The notes beneath the pieces are model-generated. The model saw nothing but the letters and a program-made list of their open reading frames with translations. It was not told the origin of the DNA and did not search any database. Shown here piece after piece: positions 22,421 to 34,667 of a DNA stretch of 64,000 nucleotides. Position 1 is the first letter of the stretch. Each line of letters begins with the position of its first letter. The DNA is taken from contig NC_086108.1 of NCBI RefSeq assembly GCF_963921235.1, positions 99,326,001 through 99,390,000 of the forward strand, read 5' to 3'. Source of the DNA: Mobula hypostoma. Lineage: Eukaryota. A program made the translations under genes and the position numbers.

Positions 22421-22469
22421 TGTGGAAAATTTGGAAAAGGTTATTATTATTAAGAAGAAAGAGCTGTTA

Positions 22470-25278
22470 CATGTCCTGAGACACATTAAAGTTAATAAAT
22501 CCCCAGGCCAGGTTGCAATATAAAGCAGAAGAATGGATAGGTGGGGCTTTGATGGAGATTATTACATAATAACAACATAAAAGCTAAAAAGAGGGTATAT
22601 AATAGAGCAAAAATTAGTGGGAAGTTAGAAGATTAGGAACTTTTAAAATCAAACAGAAGATATAGAGGGGAGAAGATGAAATATGAGGATAGGCAAGCTA
22701 ATCATAACAAAGAGGATACCAAATATTTTTTAGATATATAAAGGTTAAAAGAGAGGCTAGAGTAGATATTGGACTGCTGGAAAATGACACTGAAGAGGTA
22801 GTAACGGGGGACAAGGAAATGGTTGACGTACAGAATAAGTATTTTGCATCTGTCTTCACTGTGGAAGACACTAGCTGGAAGTTCCAGAGTGTTTGAGAAG
22901 AGAGTCCAGATGTTATTACTAAGGAGAAGTTGCTTGAGAAACTGAAAGATAGATAAATCACCTGGACCAGATGGTCCACACCTCAGGCTTCTGATAGAGG
23001 TAGCTGAAGAGATTGTGGAGGCATTAGTAATGATCTTTCAAGAATTAGTGCAGTAAATTCTGGAATGGTTCCGGAGGAATAGAAAATTGCAAATGTCACT
23101 CCACTCTTTAAGAAGGGAGGGAAGCAGAGAAAGGAAATTATAGGCTAGTTAGCCTGATCTCAGTGGTTGGGAAGATGTTGGAGTTGATTGTTAAGGATGT
23201 CGTGTTGGGGTACTTGGAGGCACATTATAAAATAGGCCAAAGTCAGCACCATTTCTTTAAGGGAAAATCTTTCCTGACAGATCTGTTGAGATTCTTTGAG
23301 GTAATAATAAACAGGACAGATGTTGTGTACTTGGATGTTTAGAAGGCATTTGGCAAGGTGCTGCACAAGAGGCTACTTAACAAGATAAGAGCCTATGATA
23401 TTACAGGAAAGATGCCAGCATGGATTGGCTGATTCACAGGAGGCAAAGAGTGGGAATAAAAGGAGACTTTTCTCATTTTTAAATCTTTTTATTAATTACT
23501 ATTGATAAAGGAGCCTTTTCTGAATGGCTGCTGGTGACTCGTAGTGCTCCACAGGTGTCTTGTTAGGACCAATTATTTTTACAGTATATGTCAGTGATTT
23601 AGATGATGGAATTGATGACTTTGAAGCCAAGTTTGCAGATAATACAAAGATAGGTGGAGGGGAAAGTAGTGTTGAGGAAATTGAGAGGCTGCAGAAGAAT
23701 TTGGACAGATTAGGAGAATGGCAAAGAAGTATCAGATGGAATACAGTTTCCGAAGGTGCGTGGTCATGCACTTTGGTAGAAGAAAAAAAGACATTGACTG
23801 TTTTCTAAATGGGGAGAAAATTTAATAATCCGTGTTGCAAAGGGATTTGGGAATCCTTTTGCAGGATTCCCTAAAGATTAATTTGCAGATTGAGTTGGTG
23901 GTGAGGAAGGCAAATGCAATGTTAGCATTCATTTCAAGGGGACTAGAATGTAAATTCACTCACGTCCCCACCTACATCAATGGAGCTGTAGTGGAGCGTG
24001 TATCAAGCTTCAAATTCCTTGGTGCCCACATTTCCGAGGATCTCACCTGGTCCCTGAACTCCTCATCCTGATCAAAAAGGCGCAACAGCACCTTCATTTC
24101 CTGCGGAGCATCAAGAAAGCTCATCTCTGTCCCAGGATACTGATGGACTTTTACCGCTGTACCATTGAGAGCATACTCACCAACTGCATCCCAGTTTGGT
24201 ATGGCAATTGTCCTGTATCAGACCACAAAGCACTCCAGCATGTTGTGAAAACTGCCCAGCGGCTTATCGGCACACAATTGCCCACCATTGAGAACATCTA
24301 CCATAAATGCTGCCTGGGCAGGGTGAAAAGCATTATCAAGGATGCATCTCACCCTAACCATGGACTTTTTATTCTCCTCCCATCCGGTAGGCGCTACAGG
24401 AGCCTCCGCTCCCGCACCAGCAGGCACAGGAAGAGCTTCTTCCCTGAGGCTGTGACCCTGCTGAACTTCACATCCTAGTGCTAAGTAATATTGCACCCAT
24501 ATTGTACTGTCTCAATACTTTTATATTTGTGTGCTGTAAAACTTACTTTTTATTTGCAGTTATTTTGTAAATAATACTATTCTTTGTATTTCTGGTTAGA
24601 TGCTAACTGCATTTCATTGGCTTTATATCTGTACTCGGCACAATGACAATAAAGTTGAATCTAATCTGAATCTGATCTAAAAGCAAGGATGAAATGCTAA
24701 GACTTTATAAGGCACTGGTGAGGCCTCACTTGGAGTATTGTGAACAGTTTTGGGCTCCTTATCTAGGAAAGGATGTACTGATATAGGAGAAGGATCAGAA
24801 GAGGTTCACAAGAATGATTCTGGGAATGAAAAGCTTACTGTATGTGGAACAATTGATGGTTCTGGGCCTTTATTCGCTGGAACTTAGAAGAATATAGTGG
24901 GATCTCATTGAAACCTGTCGTATGTTGAAAGGCCTAGATGGAGTGGATGTGAATAGGATGCTTCCTATATTGGAGGAGTCTAAGTCCAGAGGGCACAGCC
25001 TCAGAATAGAGGGATGTCCTGTTAGAATGGAGATAAGGAGGAATTTCTTTAGCTGGAGGGTGTTAAAACTGTGGAATTCGTTGCCACAGGCGACTGTGGA
25101 GGCCAAGTCATTGGCTGTATTAAGACGGAAGTTGAAAGCTTCTTGATCAGTCAGCGCATGAAAGGTTGTGGGGAGAAGGCAGGAAAATGGGGTTGAGAGA
25201 GAAATGAATCAGCCATGAGGGATGGCGGAGCAGACTTCATAGGCTGAACGGCCTAATTCTGCTCCTATGTCTTATGGG
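22470..25278 (+). mobile_element. Long CR1 ORF2 and 3' UTR (decayed), split by a Rex1 insertion
   Basis: LGPIIFTVYVSDLDDGI...KFADNTKIGG (RT core), QRDLG and RKANAMLAFISRGLE. Resumes at 24678 with a CR1 tail. Confidence 0.95.
23955..24677 (+). mobile_element. Rex1/Babar LINE 3' fragment (relatively young)
   Basis: INGAVVERVSSFKFLG.HISEDLTW, FYRCTIESILTNCI.VWYG and LPSGRRYRS....SFFP.A; AATAAA and (AATCT)n tail; TAAA repeated at both junctions. Confidence 0.92.
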
Positions 25279-25526
25279 TTTGGGTTAGCAAGTTCTGTGC
25301 ATGCTATGTTGCAGTACACCCATGGACTGCGTTGATCGTGGATACAAATGACACTTCACTGTATGTCTCAATGTTTCAATGTACACACATGCACATGATA
25401 AATAAAGTGAACCTTTATCTTTAAACCATCGTTCATTACTTTTTTTTCACTGTTTAGTGCACAGTTTTCATGTGTAACACATTTCCAGGTTGGCACCCAC
25501 TTTGTGGTGTGTATGCTGCTGCCCTT

Positions 25527-26050
25527 GTCATAGAGTCTTAGAGCACTACAGCTCAGAAACAGACCATTCGGTCCATCTAGTCTGAACCGACCTGGCCTTC
25601 TGCCTAGTCCCATCTCCCAGTACCCAGAACATATCCCTCTATATCCCCCTCATCCATGTACAGTACCTATCCAAACTTCTTTTCAACGTTGCAATTGAAA
25701 CCACATCTACTACTTCCACTGGCAGCTTGCCCTACACTGGAGTCACTCTCAGAGTGAAGTAGTCCCTGCTCAGATTCCCTTGAAATATTTCACCCTTCAT
25801 TTTATACCTATGCCCCCTAATTCAGACTCACCCAGCCTGCATTCATCTTATCGATAACCATCATAATTTTCGTGTATCTCTATAAGATCTCCCCTCATTC
25901 TCCCACGCTCCAGGGAATGAAGCCATAACGTATTCAAATTCTCCCTATAACTCAGGTCCTCGAGTCCTAGCAACATCCTTTGAAAATTTTCTCAGCACTT
26001 GTCAAGCGTATTGATATCTTTCCTGCAAGGAGGTGAAACATGCCTTCCTA
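25527..26050 (-). mobile_element. CR1 3' fragment
   Basis: Antisense tail CATAGAGTC..GAAACAGACCATTCGGTCCATCTAGTC followed by antisense RT C-terminus. Confidence 0.8.
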
Positions 26051-26321
26051 TTGTCCTCAGTGATCCAGGGCCAGTCCCTGCTTGTCTTGATTTGTGATGA
26101 TAGAGTGAAGAATAGGCTAAGGCATCAGGATATAGATTGTGCTGTGACCTAGGTGTGAGTTTGACATGCAAGCACATACTACATGGCCTGCCTTTGCCCA
26201 GTAAGTTTTGTTTCTGTTAGGTAAAATTAACTGGATAGACTTATTGCTATGCAGATTTAGTGCACCAAGCTCTTTTATTAAAATACAATTAGAAATATTG
26301 GTTCCTTAAGGTTGTTATAGC

Positions 26322-26810
26322 CGGGGGTGGTAATGGAGACAAGCTCCCACTACTTATTAAATGCTCCCAATGGTGTATGCCTCAAAGAGCCTCCGACAAC
26401 CAAGACCAACTCCTGGCCCTCATGTGTGGCTTAGGTACTAAACCCGGTGGAACCCGGAGGAGGGGCAAACCAGTCGTTTCGGGCAGATGCAGCTCACCAG
26501 CTGTGGTTGGCAGCTCACCTAGGAGAAAGAAAAACTCTGATCTCAAACCTCTGCTGCTTTGTGGCTGTACCTACTCATGGGGAAGGCTTCGGGAGTAAAC
26601 CCCAAGATAAAGATCCAGAGCTGGAAGGCCTAAGGCAGTCCTACGTTGAGTTCAGTGCTGACTGGCAACTCCTGTGGTACTGCCGGTGCCACAACTGCGT
26701 AGGTCTCGACCATTCCTTCGGGATCTTCAGATGCATGGAGTGAGGTAACTTGCTACACGGGTAACGGTTTGCACACCACATTGTACTGCCCTCTCCCTCA
26801 GGGTATCCTT
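26322..26810 (+). mobile_element. RTE-type 5' UTR-derived non-autonomous element
   Basis: CTAGGAGAAAGAAAAACTCTGATCTCAAACC motif typical of RTE 5' UTRs; twister-like segment at 26404-26466. Confidence 0.6.
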
Positions 26811-27796
26811 CTTGACTGATTGCCATCAGTGGGATATGGTTTTGATTATGATGGCTGGCCCAGGAGTTTGAGCACAGGGAGCGAAGGGCATTTACTTGTG
26901 TCCTGTTGCGAGACGAAGCAGAGAGAGGTCTTGTCAGATCGTGTATCAGGGGCATTAAGGAGCCAGGCTCCTGAGCTGTTACTTTGGGGTAACTCTGGTT
27001 GGGGAAACTTTGACTTGGCTTAGAGCAGAGGGCAAGCTTACAATGAGGGGCAAGCAGGCGTGGGATTGGATACAACTCTTCTTTGCAAAATTTGCGATTT
27101 ATTGCAAATGAAGTTTTTCTTGTCAATGTGGATGAATGTGCTAACTGCGGGAGCTATACAGCCACTGGGCCACAGCTGTCAGTCCATGGGAACTTACTGT
27201 CACTCTAACTCAACTCCGTCATCCCTCAACCCAGTTTAAATTAGCAGGTAATTTGTAAATGTCACTTCAAGTTAGGTCAGTCATTTTGTTTTTATCCCAC
27301 CAATGCAAAGCTATAGACTAATTTTTCTTGTCCAGTTTTTAATAAGATTTTCATTATAAATAGAATTATGCTCTGAAAATAAATTAAACCAAGTTAGGCA
27401 CTGAACAAGCTGTAGAATTGCACATTCTTGGAATTTAAAGAACCCACATATCAGGGAAGATTAATAAAAATACTTCAAAGGCCAAAGTCGATTTTATTGG
27501 AAGACAGCCTACAGTGAATATTTAATTTGAGTGCTCACATTTATTTTGTGAAACTAATAACCGAGCTTTGCATTCAAATTTAATTTTAATATCTAAATTA
27601 ATTCATAAAACAAACCTGTTTAATTCGGCAAGAGAGGGTGTTGCAAGCCAAGCAATTTACTCATTAACGCTTAGTTTTTTATAAAATCAAATGTATTACT
27701 AAATTATTTTTATGTGCAGCTGAGCAGAGCTAATGAATCTGGCAATGTTCAGCTACGTCTGTGTTTTGAACTTCGGCAGAACTTAAAAGAGTGTCT

Positions 27797-27801
27797 GTAT
27801 G

Positions 27802-27840
<39 letters not shown>

Positions 27841-27932
27841 ATGCGTGCATGTGTGTTTGTGTTTGTGTGTGCGTGTGTGTTTGTGTGCATGTGTGCGCGT
27901 GCCTGCATGTGCGTTTGTGTGTGCGCGTGCGT

Positions 27933-27969
<37 letters not shown>
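27797..27969. repeat. Compound (GT)n/(GC) microsatellite
   Basis: About 170 bp of mostly alternating purine-pyrimidine sequence. Confidence 0.97.
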
Positions 27970-27971
<2 letters not shown>

Positions 27972-28244
27972 GTTGCGATTCATATTCAAGTTTATTGTCA
28001 TCTGACTGTACATGTATATAACCAAACGAAACAACTTTCCTCCAGACTATAGTGCACCCACGAAACATGTAACACACACAGCACATCAACCTAAATATTA
28101 CCAACAAAATATAATTCAAAATGCATTCAGCAGAGGCACCAGTAAACAGTATGCTGGCCTAGCGACAAGACTTCAGTGGTGGCAGGGTATTCATTAGTCT
28201 CACGATGATCAGGATGTGCATGTCCCATAGACTGAGGGAAAATT

Positions 28245-28750
28245 GAGATAGTGAGGAGGGTTTGTGCATTTGAACAACACCTCATAGTCTGTCTGGTAGC
28301 CTCCAGCCTTACATTGGTTTCTCTAGCTTCTGGTAAATTCTCTCTCCCTACCCCTTCTCACATTTTCTATTACCCCTCTGGCTCTCCTCTTATCCTTCTC
28401 TTCTCCTCACCCACCCAATCACATCCCTCTTCCTAGTGCCACTTTTCCTTCCTTTTCCCCCTGGTCCACTGTGCTTCTCCTCAGGTTCCTTCTTCTTCAG
28501 TGCTTTCCTCTTCCACCTATCACCTCCCATCTTCTCACTTCAATCCCCTTCTCCCCACCCAGCTACCTTCTCCCTCCCTCCAGGTCTGACCTATCACCTG
28601 CCAGCTTGTACTCCTTCCCCTCCCTCCCTTCTTTTCCTGGCTTCTTCCCCCTTACCTTTGCTGTCCTGTCGTAGGGTCTCGGCCTGAAACGTCTACTGTT
28701 TATTCCTCTTCATGGATGTTGCCTGATCTGCTGAGTTTGTTGCTCTGGAA
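28245..28750 (+). mobile_element. Penelope 3' end: GIY-YIG C-terminus, pyrimidine-rich UTR, decayed hammerhead and pLTR arm
   Basis: EQHLIVCL..LQP; C/T-rich tract; CTGTCCTGTCGTAGGGTCTCGGCCTGAAACGTCTACTG (28661-28698); then GTTGCCTGATCTGCTGAGT. Confidence 0.82.
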
Positions 28751-29067
28751 CTGGACTGACTACGGTTGCCGGCCTCTTCCACAATCTTACCCAGGGATTT
28801 GTGGCCCAGGTGAAGGAACTCATGGACCCTTTAGAACACCAGGGTCTCTTTGCAACCATTGGAGGAATTGCTTCCGATTAATGTAGAAATCAGTTTGATT
28901 ATATTTGGCTAGATTACATCTGGCTGTATCTTCATAGAAAATGGCACATGAAGTACTGATTCTTTGCCTACTAACACTATGGAAAGCCTGCATCACCTTT
29001 AACCAGTAAGGATGTGCAAGAGAAAGGAATGATGGGCCAGTGTTACATCTGTGTGACCTCATGAGAG

Positions 29068-30180
29068 TGTCTGTACGGAAACGCCAACGCCCTTGAATGG
29101 AAAAGCCTACAAGAAGTACTGGATACAGCCCAGTCCATCACGGTAAAGCCCTCCCCACCAATGAGCACATCTACACAGAGCGCTGTCACAGGAAAACCGT
29201 ATCCATCATCAAGGATCTCGCCAACTAGGCCGTGCTCTCTTTTCGCGCTGCCATCAGGAAGAAGATATAGATGCCTCAGGCCACACACAACCATATTCAG
29301 GAACATTTATTACCCCTCTGTCATCAGGCTCTTGAAGCAGAGGAGAAGATGGCAGCGTGACGCAGTGCACGCAGCTCTCCGGTGAAATATTGTATCTGTT
29401 AAATAGGGGCCGTAGACAATTCTGATTTGATGAAGACAGACGTGAGAAGCAGGGGAACATCTGGAGAAATTTCTAAAATGCCTGGTTTCGCTGCCGTTGT
29501 TACTGTGTGATCGAGAATCTCCGGAGGGAAGGCCCCAAAGTCTCTGGCTTTGCCTGCTGCTGGCGACCGAGGCTGAGGTCGAAGCGTTCGGATAGAGATG
29601 GTGCTCGGTGCTCGGCATCGGAGGGCTGATCGGAGCTCGAAGTTTTTGGACGACTCAGAGTCGGACTGTAGTCAGGCATGGCAGGGAGAGTTTTCTTCCT
29701 TCTCCCGTCTGCGTGAGATGTGGGACTTTCGAGAGACTTTGAACTCTTTTACTGTACCATGGCCTGTTCTTCATCAAGTTATGGTATTGTTGTAACTATA
29801 TGTTATAATTACGTGGTTTTGTTAGTTTTTCAGTCTTGGTCTGTCTTGTGTTTCTGTGATATCACACCGGAGGAATACTGTAACATTTCTTAATACATGC
29901 AATACTAAATGACAATAAAAGAGGACTGCGTGTCCTCATAATCTAATCTAATCTAATAATTTCACTCACCCCAGCTCTGAACTGTCCAAACAACCAATGG
30001 ACTCACTTTCCAGGTCTCTTCATCTCATGTTCTTGATATTTATTGCTTATTTATTATTACTTAATTATTTTTTGTTTCTTTGTATTTACTGTGAATGCCC
30101 ATAAGAAAATGAATCTCAGGGTTGTATATGATGATGTTTATATACTTTGATAATAAATTTACTTTGAAATTTCAACTTTG
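29068..30180 (+). mobile_element. Rex1/Babar-like 3' fragment with a nested non-autonomous element at 29343-29956
   Basis: LPSGRRYRCLR...YYPSVIRLL. The nested unit starts AAGATGGC, is CpG-rich, and ends AATAAAA..(ATCTA)n. Confidence 0.8.
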
Positions 30181-31364
30181 ATGAACAACCAGAGCTGAAA
30201 AACATCAACCAATCTATTATGTTTATGGTCTGACTTACCTGCAGTGGGTTATCATTCGTTCACTTTATTTTTGCAATTGCATCTCCTTTATCGTGTGTTT
30301 GATTTCCTTCCCTGCTTGGACTGTACTTGGCCACTGAGTACAACAAAGAGCAGTATGGGCGAAAGTTCCAAAATAACTGCAGATGCTGGAAATCCAAAAC
30401 AAAATCAAAAAACTAAATTCAAGATATGAGTACATTGAAATGTAGAATGACATATATCGGTTGCTTTAACAACCAACATAAGGCGTGCAGGGGACAGCAC
30501 ACAAGTGTCACCACACATTCTGCCGCCAACATAGCACCCCCACAATGCTTGGCAGAGCACAACAAGCACCAAACAATAAAAGCAAAAGGAAACCCTATTC
30601 CCCCCTTCCACTCACGCACATATATAGTCCTTTAACCCCAGGACTGGCCTCCAGCGGACATGGACTTGCCCTCTCCAGTGGACTCACAGAGATTTGAAGA
30701 CTCAGCTCTAGCCAATGGGCCCCAACCTCTGGATTTCGATCTTTAGCATCAATCCCAGGGCCTGCCAATTACCGAACACCAGGCCTCAAATTCTAATTTC
30801 ACGATTCATGAACCCAGAGGGTCATCAGAAATTGTCCCTCCTGTCTGCGTGGAACTCTGCTCCAGAACCTTCTGGCAACTCCCTGACCTGGCACTGAAAA
30901 CACCCAATAAGTCTGTGGCGACTAACCACCGTTAATATTTCTGGTCAGAGACCCTTTAACAGAATTAAACAGAATCTTGTCAGCAGCTGAGCTCGATAGA
31001 AGAGGAGCATGATAGGATATGTTGTAGGCTGGGAGATTGATCTAGGGCATCAGCTTTGATCTTGGGAGGCTGAACAAGATTGAGGGGCTGAATGGCCTAC
31101 TCTAGCTTCTATGTGTTATGCAACCGAAGTGTACTTCTTCAACTTAGAAGGCGTGGCTGTTTTCCCTAACATTTCTCTCACTAAGCTAACGGCATTGTAC
31201 TGTGTAACACTATTGTAAATATCTGTTGAAAGTAATTCAGAGAAGGAGAGAGAAATTGAAAAAGGCGTCTGCTTAACTACGTATAGTGAGCCTTCACAGA
31301 GACCTGAAAAGAGAATGAAAAACTCAGTTAATCTTTTTATGGGTGATGTTTGCTGTAGAATATC

Positions 31365-31965
31365 TAGAACATAGAACAGAACAGGCTCTTCAGTCCGTCA
31401 TATTGTGTCCAGCTAATTAGGGTAGGATCTCTAGATTGGCACTTCAGGAAATCTAGGAGCTCCAAACTGCTCACAATATAGTCTATCCAACTCCATATAA
31501 AATCTCAGCATTACATCCTTGCTATAATGTTCTCGTCTCAAAGTGAATGCGAACATTTCATTTGGCTTCCTTCCTGCTGACTCAGCCTACAAGTTAACTG
31601 TTAGGGAATCCTGCATTGCAAAATTCTTTGCCTCTTCAATTTCCAAATTTTCTCCCCAAATAGAAAATAATCTACACCTTTATTCCTTCTACCAAAGTGC
31701 ATGTCCATACACTTCCCTGTGAAACATTAGAATTGTCCCTTCTTTGTCCACCCTACCAGCGGGTGCAAGTCTTCCACAGAATCCATTTCTTTGTTCCCAT
31801 TTCTATTTCTCCAGCGTCATTTTCCTACAGTCCAATGACCAACCACCCTTGCCTTCTTTTTACTCTTTATCTGGAAAAACTTTTGGTTATTCTCTTTTAC
31901 ATTATTGGCCAGCTTACCTTCATGTATGATCTTTTCTTCTCCTTTTTGCTTTTAAATATGCTTCC
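31365..31965 (-). mobile_element. Fragmented CR1
   Basis: Antisense tail AGAACATAGAAC and antisense RT pieces homologous to 4700-5330. Confidence 0.7.
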
Positions 31966-32062
31966 TCTAGCTTCCTTTCTTTACAACGGTTCTCTGGAAA
32001 AATTTACTCAAGGAGGGAGGTGGACCCAAGTTTATGGTCTCCTTCAAAATGTAGCACATTAA

Positions 32063-32376
32063 AGTAAAGGCATCCGTTAGTCTTGTGAGACCATGGATCT
32101 GTGCCTGGAAAGTCTTCACTCTCCAGGGCGCAGGCCTGGGCAAGGTTGTATGGAAGACCGGCAGTTGCCCATGCTGCAAGTCTCCCCTCTCCACGACACC
32201 AATGTTGTCCAAGGGAAGGGCATTAGGACCCATACAGCTTGGCACCAGCGTCGTCGCAGAGCACTGTGTGATTAAGTGCCTTGCTCAAGGACACAACACG
32301 TTGCCTTGGCTGGGGCTCGAACTCACGACCTTCAGGTAGCTAGTCCAATGCCTTAACCACTTGGCCACGTGCCCAC
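32063..32376 (-). mobile_element. tRNA-derived CORE-type SINE, full length, 14-bp TSD
   Basis: On minus: A box TGGCCAAGTGG, B box GTTCGAGCC, CORE-like TTGTGTCCTTGAGCAAGGCACTTAA. TSD ATGTAGCACATTAA (32049-32062 and 32377-32390). Confidence 0.9.
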
Positions 32377-32929
32377 ATGTAGCACATTAAGCAAGACAAA
32401 ATCACTTTTACCTCAGCTCATCAGCGTTGAAGCTGCCATCTAGTGTTTCCCAACTCTAGGCCTGTCTTTTCCTTATGACCATGTGACCATAATACATAGG
32501 AGCAGAATCAGGCCATTCAGCCTATTGAGTCTGCTCTGGCACTTGATCATGGCTGATTGGTTTTCCCTTTTAACCCCATTCTTCTGCCTTCTTGCCCTTA
32601 CTAATCAAGAACCTATCAACTTCTGCTTTATATATACCCAATGTCTTGGCTGCCTTAGCTGTCTGTAGTAATGAATTTCACAAATTCACCACTCTCAGGC
32701 TAAAGAAATTCCTCCTCAAATCTGTTCTGAAGGGACAGCCTTCTATTCTGAGGCTGTGCCCTCTGGTCCGAGACTCCAGCTCTATAGGAAGCATCCTCTT
32801 TACATCCATTCGATCTAGGCCTTTCAATATTCAAATACGAGGAAATCTGCAGATGCTGGAATTTCAAGCAACACACATAAAAGTTGCTGGTGAACGCAGC
32901 AGGCCAGGCAGCATCTCTAGGAAGAGGTC

Positions 32930-32967
32930 CAGTCGATGTTTCGGGCCGAGACCCTTCGTCAGGACTA
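32930..32967 (-). ncRNA. Minimal type-I hammerhead ribozyme motif
   Basis: UAGUC-CUGACGA-A-GGGU(CUCG)GCCC-GAA-ACAU-C-GACUG. Stems I and II and the core are intact. Confidence 0.75.
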
Positions 32968-33013
32968 ACCTCCCCCTCCCACTTCCGAATCTCTTACTAG
33001 CTCTTCTTTCAGT

Positions 33014-33051
33014 TAGTGCTGATGAAGGGTCTCAGCCCGAAACGTCGACTG
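33014..33051 (+). ncRNA. Minimal type-I hammerhead ribozyme motif
   Basis: UAGUG-CUGAUGA-A-GGGU(CUCA)GCCC-GAA-ACGU-C(33046)-GACUG. The core-proximal stem I pair is mutated. Confidence 0.7.
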
Positions 33052-33519
33052 TACCTCTTTCTAGAGATGCTGCCTGGCCTGCTGCGTTCACCAGCAACTT
33101 TGATGTGTGTTGCTTTCAATATTCAATAGGTTTCAAAGAAACACACCCCCCTTCATTTTTTCTAAACTCCAGCGTGTACAGGCCCAGAGTCACCACATGC
33201 TTCTCATATATTAACCCTTTCATTCCCAGGATCTTTCTTTTGAACTTCCTCTGGACTCTCTCCAATGCCAGCACATCCTTTCCTGGATAAGGGGCCCAAA
33301 ACTGCTCACAATACTCCAGGTGTGGTCTGACCAATGTCTTATAAATCCTCAGTGATATCCTCAATGGTTCCAGTGCGCCCTCACTTGTGTCCCTCACACT
33401 AACCCTGTAAATGGGTAGCCATTTAAAAAATACTGGGCCTGCCTGTGTCCTAATGTGTACAGTCCCATTCGCTTCTCCACATGACCGCTGACTGACAGTG
33501 ACCCTGAGATGAATGAAGG

Positions 33520-34115
33520 CTTTATGTGCAATCTACTGTTTTGGGCAGCAGTACAGTGACAAAGGCATAAGATTACTATAAATCACAAAAGAAATAAATA
33601 GTGCAAAAAAAGAGGAATAGCAACACAGTTTTCATGGGTCATGGACCATTCAGAAATACGATAGCTGAAGGGAAGAAACTGTTTCTGAACTACTGAGTGA
33701 GGGTCTTCAGCCCTCTGTACCTCCTCTTTGGTGGTAGTAATGAGAAGCAAGTGTGGCCTGGATGGTCAAGGTCTTCGGTGAAACGTGCAGCCTTCTTAAG
33801 GCACTGCCTTTTGAAGATGTTCTCCATGACGGGGAGGTTGTGCCTACCCATGATGAAGTACTTGAGGCTACAAGCCTCTGCAGTCTCTTATGATTGTGTG
33901 TGATGGAGACCACATACCAGAAAGTGATGCAACCAGTCAGAACCCCCTCCATGTACATCTGTAGAGACTTGAAAGAGTCTTTGGTGCCACGCCATATCTC
34001 CTCGAATTCCTAATGAAGACTTCATGACTGCATCAATATTTTGTGCCCAGGATAGATCCTGAGAGATGCTAACACCCAGAAACCTGAAGCTGCTCATTCT
34101 ATCCACTGCTGACCC
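33520..34115 (-). mobile_element. Rex1/Babar-like LINE 3' fragment
   Basis: VDRMSSFRFLGVSISQDLSWAQNI and EGVLTGCITFWY (ORFs 33888-34148 and 33707-33958). Confidence 0.85.
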
Positions 34116-34664
34116 AAATATGTGCAGGTTGGTGGGTTGGTTAGTCATTGTTAATTGCTCCCAATTTACTAGAGTGTGGTGGAATCTAGTGAAAGTTGAT
34201 GCAAATGTGGATATAATTTAAAAAAATGATATTAAGACTGGATTAATATAAATGTGTAATTGGTGGCTGGTGTGGATTTAATGAGCTAAAGGTCTGGTTT
34301 CCATGCAGTATCTTGTTTTGATTTGTGACTCTTATTGTCTATCTGTGATCACCATAAATAGGTAATAGTTCAAAGTAAATTTTATGATCAAATTGCATAC
34401 AGTATATATCACCATATACAACCCTGAGAGGTCTTGGATTCACATGGATCCCAGTCCAGATAAGGTTAGCAGATTTCATATGCTTAGTACTTAAACAGTA
34501 CTTCTTACTCTGAAAGTACTCCTCATAGAAGGACTAACGTGCTGCTGCCAACAGGCAGGAGGTGGAGGAGTAGGAAGACATGCACCTCAAGGTTCAATAA
34601 TAGCTTCTTTCCCACTGCTATCAGGTTCTTAAACCGGCCTGCAAAACTCTAACACCACCTCAGA

Positions 34665-34667
<3 letters not shown>

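Larger units (their letters stand above)
32835..33112. mobile_element. Penelope-derived palindromic element with two hammerhead motifs; 14-bp TSD
   Basis: Perfect TSD CTTTCAATATTCAA (32821-32834 and 33113-33126). Same subfamily as 4866-5150. Confidence 0.92.
32475..33352 (-). mobile_element. CR1 3' fragment split by a palindromic element
   Basis: ORF 33116-33397 IYKTLVRPHLEYCEQFWAP; antisense 3' UTR. Confidence 0.92.

Noticed and set aside
27714..28119. Cys/Val- and His/Thr-rich ORFs
   Set aside because: They are translations of the (GT)n microsatellite.
32300..32376. tRNA-like sequences (also about 44930-45000 and 16633-16700)
   Set aside because: They are SINE heads continuous with SINE bodies and bounded by TSDs, with no complete cloverleaf.
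32592..33290. Longest ORF in the track (232 aa)
   Set aside because: It is antisense CR1 read through a palindromic insert, a chance open frame with no protein motif.
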